A stretch of 64,000 nt of DNA, taken from Bacteroidota bacterium. Lineage in GTDB: Bacteria; Bacteroidota; Ignavibacteria; UBA10030; BY39. The position numbers and the translations under genes were made by a program. The stretch covers positions 25,482 through 89,481 of the forward strand of contig JASEGV010000002.1 in assembly GCA_030017895.1 (NCBI GenBank), in the 5' to 3' direction. Below, one piece after another: positions 8,922 to 19,167 of this stretch (positions within the stretch are counted from its first letter, which is position 1; each line of letters begins with the position of its first letter). Under the pieces are notes generated by a model. That model did not search any database and was not told the DNA's origin. It saw nothing but the letters and a program-made list of their open reading frames with translations.

Positions 8922-9661
8922 AAAAGGTTTTTACTTCCTTCAACTATTGTATCGGAAACTAATATTCTGCCGCAACGTTCACAAGTAAACATGTTTGTGT
9001 TTTGCCGCAGTTCCTGAATTTTCTGAGGCGGTAAACTATTATAGCATCCGCCGCATGCATTACGTTTAACAGAAACCACTGCTAATCCGTTTTTTGCTTT
9101 CCGGATACGACTGTAAGTCGCTAAATCTTGTTTATTTACACGTGCTACTAACTTTTCGCGCTCGTGTTGTACTTTTAATTCTTCTTCTTCGTTCTCTTTT
9201 ATGATAACATCCAGCTCGGCTTGTTTTTCTTCTAATTCCTCTTCAGCAGTTTTAAGTTCTTCTCTGAGTTTTTCGAGATCCTCTTTTCCATTCTTGATAT
9301 TACCCTCGAAAATTATGATGTCATTTGTCAGTTGTTCAATTTTTTTTTCTGAATTTTCAATTTCGTGAGTCAGTGCATCATATTGTTTATTGGTTTTTAC
9401 TTCGTACTGCTGTTTTTTGTATTTTGTGATTTTTTCGGATAAGCTTATTTGCTCAACATCCCCCTCATCACTTTTTTTCTTGTTGTTCTTAATTTCTGCT
9501 TCCAGTTCTGTAATCTTTGTTTTTAGTGAGTTTACTGCTTCAGTAAGCTGATTCACTATCGCCGGAAGTTCGCCTTTAAAATCTTCAAGCTCATCGAGCT
9601 GAGAATCGACCTGTTGTAGTGCGTATAGAAAACGTAATTTTGTTTCCAATAATTTCTCCAA
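8918..9661 (-). CDS. Coiled-coil protein with a C-terminal C4 zinc ribbon (COG1579 family)
   Basis: 247 aa. Long coiled coil followed by CGGCYNSLPPQ...FTCERCG. This family is commonly found next to Nif3. Confidence 0.75.
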   Translation of the reverse strand: MEKLLETKLRFLYALQQVDSQLDELEDFKGELPAIVNQLTEAVNSLKTKITELEAEIKNNKKKSDEGDVEQISLSEKITKYKKQQYEVKTNKQYDALTHEIENSEKKIEQLTNDIIIFEGNIKNGKEDLEKLREELKTAEEELEEKQAELDVIIKENEEEELKVQHEREKLVARVNKQDLATYSRIRKAKNGLAVVSVKRNACGGCYNSLPPQKIQELRQNTNMFTCERCGRILVSDTIVEGSKNLL

Positions 9662-9667
9662 AATATT

Positions 9668-10774
9668 TTATATGTTTTGAATTGGATTTTTTATCTGCGT
9701 TGTCGCTGAAATCTGAATATTTTCCTTCAGCGAGATAAACTTGTTTTTTAAATAATTCACAATAGAATCGACAATTGCTACTTCGGTTTCGAAATGTCCG
9801 GCATCGACAAGTAGAATTATTCCATTAGCTTCAATGAATGAATGGTATCCCACATCGCCGGTAACAAATGCATCGGCTTTAGCAGCTATCGCATCGGGAA
9901 TTAAGTTGCTTCCTGAACCACCGCAAACAGCTACAGTTTTTATTTTGTCCTGACTGCCTTCGACGTATTTAATGTTTTCGGCATTTAATTTTTCTTTTGC
10001 ATGTTGCAAAAATTTTTTTTGAGTTAATGCTTCTTCAAAAGTTCCGATTGCCCCGGCACCATAATATTCCGATACGATTTCCAAAGGATAGATATCGAAA
10101 GCGGGTTCTTCGTAAGGATGCGAACGACGTAGGGCACTCGTAACATCGGATAATTTCCAATTTGGTACAATCATCTCCAATTTTATTTCTTCCACCTTTT
10201 CGAACTCTCCGGGAGAGCCGATAAATGGTTTGGTCTCCTTGCCCCCTTTGAATGTGCCGATTCCAGAAGTGCGGAAAGAGCAATAATCGTAATTTCCAAT
10301 GACGCCAGCGCCGGCGTTTGCCATACTCTCAGCAACTTTTTCGGTGTAATCGGACGGAACAAACACTGCTATTTTTTTGAAATGCGATTCTGTCGGCTTC
10401 AAAATTTTGATGTTTTTTAATTCCAACTTTTGAGCAAGTGTATAGCTTACACCATATTTAGTAAAATCTAAATTTGTATGAGCGGCGATTACCGAAATCC
10501 GGTTTTCGATTAGTTTAAATATTAATTGTCCGATTCTATCATTAGAATTAATGGATTTAATTGGATTGAATATCAGCGGATGATGAACGATGAGTAAATC
10601 AATGTTCTTGGATATACACTCGTCAACTACATCGATTGTAACATCTAATGCAGCTAAAATTTTATGAACAGGTTTTTCGTAACTGCCAACCTGCAAACCA
10701 ATGTTGTCTCTTTCCCATGCTAATTCTTTGGGTGCCCATTCAGATATTAGGCTATTTATTTCTTTAATCGTCAT
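9668..10774 (-). CDS. Nif3-like dinuclear metal centre protein (GTP cyclohydrolase 1 type 2 homologue)
   Basis: 368 aa. LLIVHHP ... AAHTNLD ... VDAGHFETE metal-binding motifs, with the typical PII-like inserted domain. Confidence 0.85.
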   Translation of the reverse strand: MTIKEINSLISEWAPKELAWERDNIGLQVGSYEKPVHKILAALDVTIDVVDECISKNIDLLIVHHPLIFNPIKSINSNDRIGQLIFKLIENRISVIAAHTNLDFTKYGVSYTLAQKLELKNIKILKPTESHFKKIAVFVPSDYTEKVAESMANAGAGVIGNYDYCSFRTSGIGTFKGGKETKPFIGSPGEFEKVEEIKLEMIVPNWKLSDVTSALRRSHPYEEPAFDIYPLEIVSEYYGAGAIGTFEEALTQKKFLQHAKEKLNAENIKYVEGSQDKIKTVAVCGGSGSNLIPDAIAAKADAFVTGDVGYHSFIEANGIILLVDAGHFETEVAIVDSIVNYLKNKFISLKENIQISATTQIKNPIQNI

Positions 10775-10787
10775 TCTGGAATAAAAA

Positions 10788-10822
10788 AAGTCCTGATTTA
10801 TCAGCAGGACTTTTTTAGAAAC
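10788..10822. terminator. Bidirectional rho-independent terminator-like hairpin
   Basis: AAAAAAAGTCCTGAT-TT-ATCAGCAGGACTTTTTT, a 7-9 bp stem flanked by A-run and T-run. It lies between the REC-DHp gene and nif3. Confidence 0.6.
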
Positions 10823-10985
10823 TCTTTATGTTATTTTTTTCGTTTGTAAAGATTTTTGAGTTGAGGGTATTGTTCTTTTTGATACCCTCGAGAGTCGGAA
10901 AAATTCTTTCAATTTTAAGAGAAAATGTTTGAACACGCATTATCATAACTGTTTTAATATAGAAATATCCGTTTATAAATGCAAG

Positions 10986-11681
10986 TTACTTTAAGGCTTC
11001 GGAAACATCGATATCACGTAATGTTAAGATTTCCTTTTCAATTATTTTCAAGTTTGTAATCAATTCTTGCAAAATTTTTTCAGATTCAGCGGTTAGCTTC
11101 TGGCGCGAAATAATATCGGTGCTTATTCTGATTGCTGCCAGCGGGTTATTGAATTCGTGACAGATAGTAACAATGAGTTCACGGATAGCCTCCGCTCTTT
11201 TCTCAGAAATCATTTTTGTCTTTTCGGCAGTTTCAATTTGTCTTTTTATTTTAACCCGTTCCAAAACAGTTATTATTGCACGCGGCAATAAAGTATCAAC
11301 AGCTTCGTCTTTGATGAGATAATCTTCAACGTTATACCTCATAGCTTCAATAGCTAATTTGAAATTTTTGTGAGTAGTTAAAAATATTATGGGTACCGAT
11401 ATACCTTGTTCGGAAATTTCTTTTACAATCTCTAAACCGTTTTGATCGGGAAGATAATAATCTACCAAAATTAATTGGATGTTCGGGTTGGTTTTTAGTT
11501 CAGCAACTGCTTTCTGACCATTTTCCTTCCAAATTAAATTGAATCTCCTACCGGGGAATTTATTTAAAAGATGCCTTGCTACACTAACATAAGCCGCGTC
11601 ATCGTCAATCAGTAGTATGTTGATTGTATCGAAATCCATCATTTTACCTATTTTTTGAATTATTATAGTATTTGTTATCAT
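10986..11681 (-). CDS. Receiver (REC) domain fused to a HisKA/DHp dimerisation-phosphoacceptor domain, with no ATPase (CA) domain
   Basis: 231 aa. The REC acidic pocket is ILLIDDD...VDYYLPD. The H-box is ICHEFNNPLAAI. The protein ends about 50 aa after the H-box, so the HATPase_c domain is absent. Confidence 0.7.
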   Translation of the reverse strand: MITNTIIIQKIGKMMDFDTINILLIDDDAAYVSVARHLLNKFPGRRFNLIWKENGQKAVAELKTNPNIQLILVDYYLPDQNGLEIVKEISEQGISVPIIFLTTHKNFKLAIEAMRYNVEDYLIKDEAVDTLLPRAIITVLERVKIKRQIETAEKTKMISEKRAEAIRELIVTICHEFNNPLAAIRISTDIISRQKLTAESEKILQELITNLKIIEKEILTLRDIDVSEALK

Positions 11682-11822
11682 AATTTACAAGTATTTTTTT
11701 TTAATTGCTATAAGAGTTGATTTTATTAAATCATTTTCTTAACTTACTAACGTAAAGAACATGAGTTAAAAGAAGGTCGAATTTAATTCGTAAATTCAAG
11801 TAATATAAATTAGGAGCTTAAC

Positions 11823-12191
11823 ATGTCAGAAAAAAGTAAAATTTTAGTAGTTGACGATGAAGATACACTTCGTACAGTTCTCAGTCAGGAGTTAAAAGGT
11901 GAAGGTTATGAAGTTGAAACAGCAGCCGACGGGTTACTCGCCTTAGACGCTATTAAGCAAAATAATTTTGATCTGGTTCTGTTGGATATTAAGATGCCCA
12001 ATATGGATGGTTTCGAGGTTTTAAAGTATATCAAACAAAACCACAAAGATTTAAAAATTATTATGTTGACAGGTTTTGCCGACCTTAAGAATGCAATCGA
12101 ATCAAAAAAATTGGGAGCAGAAGATTTTGTTAGTAAACCTTATGACCTGGTCGATTTACTAACCACCATCGAAAGAGTATTAAGTGAGTAA
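11823..12191 (+). CDS. Single-domain response regulator (CheY-like receiver)
   Basis: 122 aa. VVDDE...LLDIKMP...FVSKP receiver motifs. Its stop abuts the next gene. Confidence 0.85.
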   Translation: MSEKSKILVVDDEDTLRTVLSQELKGEGYEVETAADGLLALDAIKQNNFDLVLLDIKMPNMDGFEVLKYIKQNHKDLKIIMLTGFADLKNAIESKKLGAEDFVSKPYDLVDLLTTIERVLSE

Positions 12192-13571
12192 ATGGTTCAA
12201 CGAGATAAGATTCTTATCGTTGACGATGAGATTCAATTAAGTAATCTTCTTCAGTCCGAACTACAGGAAACTAACCGCTATATAGTTGACCTCGCATTTG
12301 ATGGTGTGGAGGCTATCAATTTAATTCAAAACAATCTTTATGATGTTATCCTCCTTGATATAAAGTTACCTCGTGTGGGTGGATTCGAGGTTTTGCAATT
12401 TATACAGGAAAAGTCGCCGGACTCGCAAGTTATAATTTTATCCCGTTATGGCGATGTAAAAACAGTTGTCCAAACTATGAAACTTGGTGCCTACGATTTC
12501 ATCGGGAAACCTTACGACATTGATGAACTTCTGAATGTACTCGAACGAGCCATCGAAAGGAAAAAACTATTAATAAAAAGTAAACTGTTGGAAAATGAGC
12601 TTTCCAAAACTTCGAGTGCCGAAATTATTGGAAAAAGCCCGGCTTTCTTACAGGTTCTTGATGATGCGCGAAGAATCGCCGACAGCGATTCGTTCGTGTT
12701 GATCGAGGGAGCCAGCGGAACGGGAAAAGAATTAGTTGCCCATTTGATTCACAAGAGTAGTCCGCGAAAAGATTATCCCTTCGTGGCAGTCAATAGTGCT
12801 TCAATTCCGGATACACTGCTGGAGAGCGAATTGTTCGGTTACGAGAAAGGCGCATTTACAAATGCATACGCTGTAAAGCAGGGCTTGGTAGAAGTAGCCA
12901 ATGGCGGAACGCTATTCCTCGATGAAACAGGAGATATCAGTATGCAAATTCAACCCAAGCTTCTACGTTTTTTAGAAACAGGTAATTTCAGGAGAGTTGG
13001 AGGAACACACGAAATTCATGTTGATGTAAGAGTGATATCGGCAACCAATAAAGATTTACACGAAGAAGTTCGTAACGGAAAATTTCGTGAAGACTTGCTC
13101 TACCGTTTGAACGTTGTTACATTACACATCCCGTTATTACGTGATCGGATCGAGGACATTCCGCTTCTGATCGAATATTTTCTGAAGAAAAAAGCAAAAG
13201 TTAAAGAACCAAAAATTATCAGCCCCGAAGCCCGTGAAGTCCTGATGAATTACACTTGGCCCGGTAACGTGAGAGAGTTAGAACATGTAATCGAAGGAGC
13301 CGTCTTACTATCTCCGGATTATATTATCCAACCGACAGATTTAAAGATGCATATTGGAGGCAGACAAAATTCCATCGCGCCACACACTGAAGTTGTTGGT
13401 ATAAATAAAAATTTTAATCATCAAACTCTCTCTATCGATGAAGTCGAAAAAATTCACATCGAAAACGTTTTAAAGATGATGAAAGGGAATAGGACCAAAA
13501 CTGCTGAAGTTCTGAAAATCAGCCAGAAAGCTCTCTACTTAAAAATCAAACGATACGAAATCACACCCTAA
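12192..13571 (+). CDS. Sigma-54-dependent response regulator (NtrC family: REC, AAA+ and Fis-type HTH domains)
   Basis: 459 aa. Has Walker A GASGTGKE, the GAFTNA sigma-54 contact loop (a variant of GAFTGA), Walker B, and a C-terminal HTH. Confidence 0.9.
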   Translation: MVQRDKILIVDDEIQLSNLLQSELQETNRYIVDLAFDGVEAINLIQNNLYDVILLDIKLPRVGGFEVLQFIQEKSPDSQVIILSRYGDVKTVVQTMKLGAYDFIGKPYDIDELLNVLERAIERKKLLIKSKLLENELSKTSSAEIIGKSPAFLQVLDDARRIADSDSFVLIEGASGTGKELVAHLIHKSSPRKDYPFVAVNSASIPDTLLESELFGYEKGAFTNAYAVKQGLVEVANGGTLFLDETGDISMQIQPKLLRFLETGNFRRVGGTHEIHVDVRVISATNKDLHEEVRNGKFREDLLYRLNVVTLHIPLLRDRIEDIPLLIEYFLKKKAKVKEPKIISPEAREVLMNYTWPGNVRELEHVIEGAVLLSPDYIIQPTDLKMHIGGRQNSIAPHTEVVGINKNFNHQTLSIDEVEKIHIENVLKMMKGNRTKTAEVLKISQKALYLKIKRYEITP

Positions 13572-13656
13572 ATAATATTTTTATTGCAATGTAGCCTAAA
13601 TTTTATTAAATTTTCAATAAATTCACCAAAAATTAAATAGCTAAAGAGCGAGTTAT

Positions 13657-16170
13657 ATGAAAGCTATCATAATGGCAGGGGGTTTTGGGACACGACTCAG
13701 GCCTCTAACAGCAAATATACCTAAGCCAATGGTTCCAATTGTAAATAAGCCGATGATGCAGCATATCGTCAGCTTGTTAAAAAACCACAACATAGATAAT
13801 ATTATTTCTTCGCTATTTTACCAACCGGAGGTTATCTCAAGTTATTTCGGGAACGGTGAAAAATATGGTGTAACGATGAGTTACGTACGGGCAGAAGCCG
13901 ACTACGGAACTGCCGGCAGCGTTAAAAATGCGGTCGTGTCGTTGGGAATTTCGAACGATAAAATACTGATTATCAGCGGCGACGTTTTAACAGATGTCGA
14001 TTTAACTCAAGCAATTGAATTTCATAATTCAAAAAAAGCCAAGGCAACGCTTGTATTAACACACGCTAACAATCCGCTGCAATTTGGTGTTGTAATTACT
14101 GAGGATGACGGAAGGATTTCCCGTTTCCTCGAAAAACCTACATGGGGCGAAGTTTTTTCAGATACAATAAATACAGGTATTTATATTTTAGAGCCCGAAG
14201 TACTAAAGCTTATCCCATATCGTGAGGAATTCGACTTCAGCAAGGATTTGTTCCCTTTAATGCTCGAACAAAAAATGGATCTTTACGGATACATTGCCGA
14301 TTGTTACTGGCGGGATATCGGAAATCTTTATGATTATCAAGAAGCACATTTGGATTTCCTGAATGGAAAAGTTAAAGTTAAAACCGACGGTACGCAAAAT
14401 AAAAATTTTGTGTCCGGCGAAAAAACTGTTATTAAAACTGCTCCAGAAAATTTTTCAGGAAATAATTTGATTGGTAAGAATTCCGTGATTGATGAGCATG
14501 CTATTATTTCGAATTCTGTTATCGGCGACCATTGCAAGATAGGGGCAGGCTCAATTATCAAAAATAGTGTAATCTGGAGCGGTTCCAAGATAGGAAAAAA
14601 TTCAGAACTTTCAGCCGATGTGATCGGTTTCGATTGCGATATTCAAGATGAGGTGATTATCGGCGATAATGTTTTTATAAGCGACAAGTGTATCATCGGC
14701 AACAAAGCGAAGTTGATAGCTAATATTAAACTCTGGCCCGAAAAGATTGTAGAAGATTCTGCTGTTCTGAATCGTAGTTTGGTATTAGAAGACCGGTGGC
14801 TGAAAGAATTGTTCACGGATGCACGTGTAACAGGACTTTCGAACCTCGAGATGAATCCTGAATTCGGCGCCCGGCTCGGCGCTGCATTAGGTACATATTT
14901 AGGTGTTGGAAAAATAGTAGCAACAAGCCGCGATTCCGATAATGTTTCACGAATGTTGAATCGTGCTATGATATGCGGTTTACTTTCTGCTGGCGTTAGC
15001 GTGAACGATTTGCGTGCTATGCCAATTCCGCTCGTACGTCACGAACTTAGCACAGGCAACGAAGCAGCGGGCATTCATGTGAGGAAATCTCCTTACAACA
15101 AAGCGATGACTGATATAATATTTTTCGATTCCAACGGAAGAGATTTACCAATCCGGAAAACTAAATCAGTCGAACGGATATTCTTCGGAGAAGATTATCT
15201 GCGTGCACCTGCTAACAAGGTGGGTAGTATCCATTTTTCTGAAAGGACAAACGAAGTTTATCGCCAGAAGTTTTTGTCGTCTTTAAATCTCGAAGCAATC
15301 AAGAAAGCTAAATTCAATATTGTATTGGATTATTCATACGGAGTTGCCTCGACTATTTTCCCAACGCTTTTGGGTTCTTTTAACATTCAATCAGTTGCCT
15401 TGAATTCTCACCTCGATCCGAACAAGTTGACACGCGACGAATTAGAGATTTCCGAATCGCTTAAGCAGCTTGCTCATATAGTTACTTCCTTAAAATACGA
15501 CCTTGGTATTATGATAGATGCAGGATCGGAACGAATTACCATTATTGATGAACTCGGAAATATTCTCGACAGTGAACGCTTATTGACTATGGTGATTAAA
15601 TTATTCCTGGATGTTTATCCGAATACCAGACGAATAGCCGTTCCTATAGTTGCGCCGTCAGAGATTGATGTGCTGAGTAAAGATTGTTCAATTACAAAAG
15701 CAAAAAATTCGCACCTTGCAATGATGGAAGCTGCGTCCGATAAATCGGTTGCATTTGTAGGTGGAACAAAGGGTGGTTTCATATTTACGGAATTTTTCTT
15801 CGCTTCCGACGCAATGTACTCAGCTGCGAAAATAATTGAATTGTTAGCAGTTAGCGGTGAAAAATTCGGATCACTCGATAAAAAAATTATTAAATATTAC
15901 AGCGTTAAACGCGATGTAATGTGTCCGTGGGACTGCAAAGGTAAGGTTATGCGACACTTAAATAAAGCGACAGAAAATGCTGACAGGGAACTTGTGGATG
16001 GGGTAAAAATAAAATTCAATTCCTCACATGATGAAAATATCTCCGCTCAAATAATACCGGATAGAGAAAGGCCATTTTTCCACATACGCACTGAAGCCCA
16101 CACCGAAGAAGCGGCAATTCGGTTGGCGGATGAGTATATGCAAAAAGTAATCGAATGGCGCGACATGTAG
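13657..16170 (+). CDS. Sugar-1-phosphate nucleotidyltransferase (GDP-mannose pyrophosphorylase-like, with left-handed beta-helix) fused to a phosphomannomutase/phosphoglucomutase-like domain with degenerate catalytic motifs
   Basis: 837 aa. N-terminus MKAIIMAGGFGTRLRPLT is an NTP-transferase followed by hexapeptide repeats. The C-terminal four-domain alpha-D-phosphohexomutase fold has non-canonical motifs: TASHNP becomes RKSPYN, DGDGDR becomes DAGSER, and GEES becomes GTKG. Confidence 0.7.
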   Translation: MKAIIMAGGFGTRLRPLTANIPKPMVPIVNKPMMQHIVSLLKNHNIDNIISSLFYQPEVISSYFGNGEKYGVTMSYVRAEADYGTAGSVKNAVVSLGISNDKILIISGDVLTDVDLTQAIEFHNSKKAKATLVLTHANNPLQFGVVITEDDGRISRFLEKPTWGEVFSDTINTGIYILEPEVLKLIPYREEFDFSKDLFPLMLEQKMDLYGYIADCYWRDIGNLYDYQEAHLDFLNGKVKVKTDGTQNKNFVSGEKTVIKTAPENFSGNNLIGKNSVIDEHAIISNSVIGDHCKIGAGSIIKNSVIWSGSKIGKNSELSADVIGFDCDIQDEVIIGDNVFISDKCIIGNKAKLIANIKLWPEKIVEDSAVLNRSLVLEDRWLKELFTDARVTGLSNLEMNPEFGARLGAALGTYLGVGKIVATSRDSDNVSRMLNRAMICGLLSAGVSVNDLRAMPIPLVRHELSTGNEAAGIHVRKSPYNKAMTDIIFFDSNGRDLPIRKTKSVERIFFGEDYLRAPANKVGSIHFSERTNEVYRQKFLSSLNLEAIKKAKFNIVLDYSYGVASTIFPTLLGSFNIQSVALNSHLDPNKLTRDELEISESLKQLAHIVTSLKYDLGIMIDAGSERITIIDELGNILDSERLLTMVIKLFLDVYPNTRRIAVPIVAPSEIDVLSKDCSITKAKNSHLAMMEAASDKSVAFVGGTKGGFIFTEFFFASDAMYSAAKIIELLAVSGEKFGSLDKKIIKYYSVKRDVMCPWDCKGKVMRHLNKATENADRELVDGVKIKFNSSHDENISAQIIPDRERPFFHIRTEAHTEEAAIRLADEYMQKVIEWRDM

Positions 16171-16202
16171 GAAAAATATTTCAAACTTAGAAGGAAATAC
16201 GG

Positions 16203-16682
16203 ATGAAAATAATCGATATCTTAAATGAAAACCTTGTAAAAACAAATCTTATTGGAAATACAAAAGAAGAAATCATCAACGAGATGATAGATTTACTTAT
16301 AGCTTCAAATGCTTCCACGAAAATATTGGAAAAAGAAAAAGTGCGGTCATGTATTTTTGAACGGGAGAAAATTATGTCCACCGGTGTTGGCAACGGATTC
16401 GCAATTCCGCACGGTAAAACCGATGCCGTATCCGATATTATTGCAGCTTTCGGGATTACGGCTAAACCGATAGATTATCAATCGCTCGATGAAAAACCCG
16501 TTCGGTTGGTGTTTTTATTAGTAGCCCGCGATAATATGGTTGGACCCCACATTAAACTTTTAAGCCGCATTTCGCGTTTAATGAACAAAGAAGAATTCCG
16601 TCAGAGACTTCTTAATTTATCCAATCCTGCAGAAGTAATCGATGCCTTCAAAACAGAAGAGTCGTCTTACTTTGACATCTAA
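16203..16682 (+). CDS. ptsN: PTS EIIA(Ntr)-like nitrogen regulatory protein
   Basis: 159 aa. PTS_EIIA_2 fold with the phosphorylatable His in GFAIPHGKTDAV. Confidence 0.7.
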   Translation: MKIIDILNENLVKTNLIGNTKEEIINEMIDLLIASNASTKILEKEKVRSCIFEREKIMSTGVGNGFAIPHGKTDAVSDIIAAFGITAKPIDYQSLDEKPVRLVFLLVARDNMVGPHIKLLSRISRLMNKEEFRQRLLNLSNPAEVIDAFKTEESSYFDI

Positions 16683-16706
16683 TCGAGAAATAATTTAGGC
16701 ATTCAC

Positions 16707-17960
16707 TTGAAATTCAAATCAATAAAAGGTACGAAGGATATTCTACCAGATGAAACTCACCTTTGGCAATTAGTCGAAAAAAATATTCGCGCAACAATGG
16801 AGTTGTTCAATTACAAAGAAATCAGAACTCCCGTTTTTGAAGAAACATCCCTCTTTGCACGAAGCATAGGTGAGTTGACTGATATAGTCGGGAAAGAAAT
16901 GTATTCGTTCACCGACCGCAGCGGCGATAGTTTAACACTAAAACCGGAAATGACCGCTTCGGTTATTCGTGCTTACATCCAACACAATTTGGGTGAGAAG
17001 CTGCCACTTACAAAAGTGTATTACATCAGCCCGGCTTTTCGGCAAGAGCGACCCCAAGCAGGCAGGTTACGGCAATTTCATCAATTCGGTGCCGAGGCAA
17101 TCGGCGGCTCCAATCCTGAAATTGATGCTGAGATAATCGCACTATCGGCGGCTATTTACACAAAGTTTGGCATTCAGGAATTTCAGGTAAAAATTAATTC
17201 TGTCGGATGCCCCATTTGCAGAAACGAGTATAAAGAAAAATTAAAGGAACACTTAAAAAAAGTTTTCGCCAAACTCAGTATCGAGAGCCAGAAACGTTTG
17301 GAAACAAATCCGATGCGTATATTAGACTCGAAAGATGAGATCGATAAAGTTCTTACACAGGATGCGCCGCTGATGATGCACTCTCTCTGCGATGAATGTA
17401 AAAATCATTTTGAAAAATTGCAGGAAGCATTGAACGTTTTAGGTATTCAATACGAAGTAGATGGAAGAATTGTTCGCGGTTTGGATTATTACACAAAGAC
17501 CGCTTACGAAATAACCAGCAATGAACTCGGTTCGCAAAATGCTCTCGTCGGCGGAGGAAGATATGATCTGCTCGTGAAAGAGTTAGGTGGAAAATCGACA
17601 CCGGCAGTCGGTTTCGCTGCGGGTATGGAACGACTATTAATGGTTTTGGAAAAACGTGAAAGCTTGAAACCAAATACACAACATCCAAAATTGTTTATTG
17701 CAGCAGCGGATGAGTTATCTTATAAAAAAGTACTGCACGAGGCAACGCGAATGCGTCGAGCCGGCATTGCATGCGAAATTGATTGGCTGCGCCGCAGTTT
17801 AAAAGCACAAATGCGTGAAGCCGACCGCCAGGAAGCTGATTTTGTAATAGTGATTGGCGAGGAAGAAATCAAAACGAACACTGTCGAACTTAAAGAAATG
17901 AAAACCGGAAATCAGAATAAGTTATCGTTCGATGAACTTGTAAAATTTCTGACATCATAA
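16707..17960 (+). CDS. hisS: Histidine--tRNA ligase
   Basis: 417 aa. Class II aminoacyl-tRNA synthetase motifs and HisRS-specific segments (GGRYDLL, FAAGMERL). It has a TTG start. Confidence 0.9.
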   Translation: MKFKSIKGTKDILPDETHLWQLVEKNIRATMELFNYKEIRTPVFEETSLFARSIGELTDIVGKEMYSFTDRSGDSLTLKPEMTASVIRAYIQHNLGEKLPLTKVYYISPAFRQERPQAGRLRQFHQFGAEAIGGSNPEIDAEIIALSAAIYTKFGIQEFQVKINSVGCPICRNEYKEKLKEHLKKVFAKLSIESQKRLETNPMRILDSKDEIDKVLTQDAPLMMHSLCDECKNHFEKLQEALNVLGIQYEVDGRIVRGLDYYTKTAYEITSNELGSQNALVGGGRYDLLVKELGGKSTPAVGFAAGMERLLMVLEKRESLKPNTQHPKLFIAAADELSYKKVLHEATRMRRAGIACEIDWLRRSLKAQMREADRQEADFVIVIGEEEIKTNTVELKEMKTGNQNKLSFDELVKFLTS

Positions 17961-17962
17961 AA

Positions 17963-18370
17963 ATGAAAAGTAAAATCGACAAAACAGATCAAAAGAATGA
18001 ATTGAACCTGTTTTTGTTCTCAAACTACAATGAACTTACAAAGAAATACATAACTACTTTCCGGTTAGAAACTTCTCAAATATTCACAACATTCAGATAC
18101 GAGATCGATGTAGAAGAAACTATTCACGACAATCACATCACTTTTAAATTGATTGGATTAAAAACACCGAGGTTACTTATTCCCGGCGGTGGTCCAGCTA
18201 CATTTGAAAAAAAATATGCGTCGTTAAAAGGAAATTACATCGTTGAGATAATCGGAATAGATAAACGAGAAAACGTTTTTGAAATACGTATATCAAAATA
18301 TAAAATTAAAGTTATAAAAATTCCTGAAGAAAAATTTATAAATATATGTATCCAGAACTTTTTAAAATAG
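17963..18370 (+). CDS. Hypothetical protein
   Basis: 135 aa with no recognisable motif. It overlaps the lgt start and is supported only as an ORF. Confidence 0.35.
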   Translation: MKSKIDKTDQKNELNLFLFSNYNELTKKYITTFRLETSQIFTTFRYEIDVEETIHDNHITFKLIGLKTPRLLIPGGGPATFEKKYASLKGNYIVEIIGIDKRENVFEIRISKYKIKVIKIPEEKFINICIQNFLK

Positions 18371-19167
18371 GACCGTTTACAATTTACAGTTACGGACTGA
18401 TGCTTGGCATAGCATTCCTAACTGCAAGCTATATACTAACAAGTGAGTTGAAACGAAAAAAATTAGACCCGAATTTAGCATCGACAATTACGTTGCTTGC
18501 TGTTATTTGTGGAATCGTTGGCGCTAAATTATTTCACTTGATAGAAAATTTGGAACACTTTCTGCGATCACCGATCGAGATGATGTTTTCTGCAGGCGGA
18601 CTTACATTTTATGGTGGGTTCATACTTGCTACGATTGTTATAATTTTGTATTTGAAGCAGAAGAAAGTTCCGGTATTAAAAATCACCGATGCGGCAGCGC
18701 CCGGTTTGATGATCGGCTACGGGATTGCTCGTATCGGCTGCCACTTGTCGGGCGACGGAGATTACGGGATGCCGACCAAGTTGCCATGGGCAATGAGTTA
18801 TGAAAACGGCACTTACCCGCCCTCTGCTGCATTCCGCGACTTCCCTGAAATCGTTGAAAAATATGGAGTTAACGGAGTTGTTCCTGATAGTATTTTAGTA
18901 CATCCGGCACCGTTGTACGAACTGATTGCCGCAGTGTTTTTATTTTTAATCCTCTGGAAACTTCGTAAAAAAATTGCACCCGACGGACTGCTGTTTATGA
19001 TTTATCTGACTTTTTCAGGAGCGGAACGTTTCTTTGTGGAGTTCATACGACTAAATCCAATAGTTTTATTCGGACTTTCTGAAGCGCAAATTATTTCTAT
19101 TATATTAATTGCTATCGGAGTTTTAGGTATTTTTTATTTGAAAAGAAAAAATGAGAGAAAAAAGTAA
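18346..19167 (+). CDS. lgt: Phosphatidylglycerol--prolipoprotein diacylglyceryl transferase
   Basis: 273 aa polytopic protein with the Lgt signature HLSGDGDYG / GIARIGC. Confidence 0.85.
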   Translation: MYPELFKIGPFTIYSYGLMLGIAFLTASYILTSELKRKKLDPNLASTITLLAVICGIVGAKLFHLIENLEHFLRSPIEMMFSAGGLTFYGGFILATIVIILYLKQKKVPVLKITDAAAPGLMIGYGIARIGCHLSGDGDYGMPTKLPWAMSYENGTYPPSAAFRDFPEIVEKYGVNGVVPDSILVHPAPLYELIAAVFLFLILWKLRKKIAPDGLLFMIYLTFSGAERFFVEFIRLNPIVLFGLSEAQIISIILIAIGVLGIFYLKRKNERKK

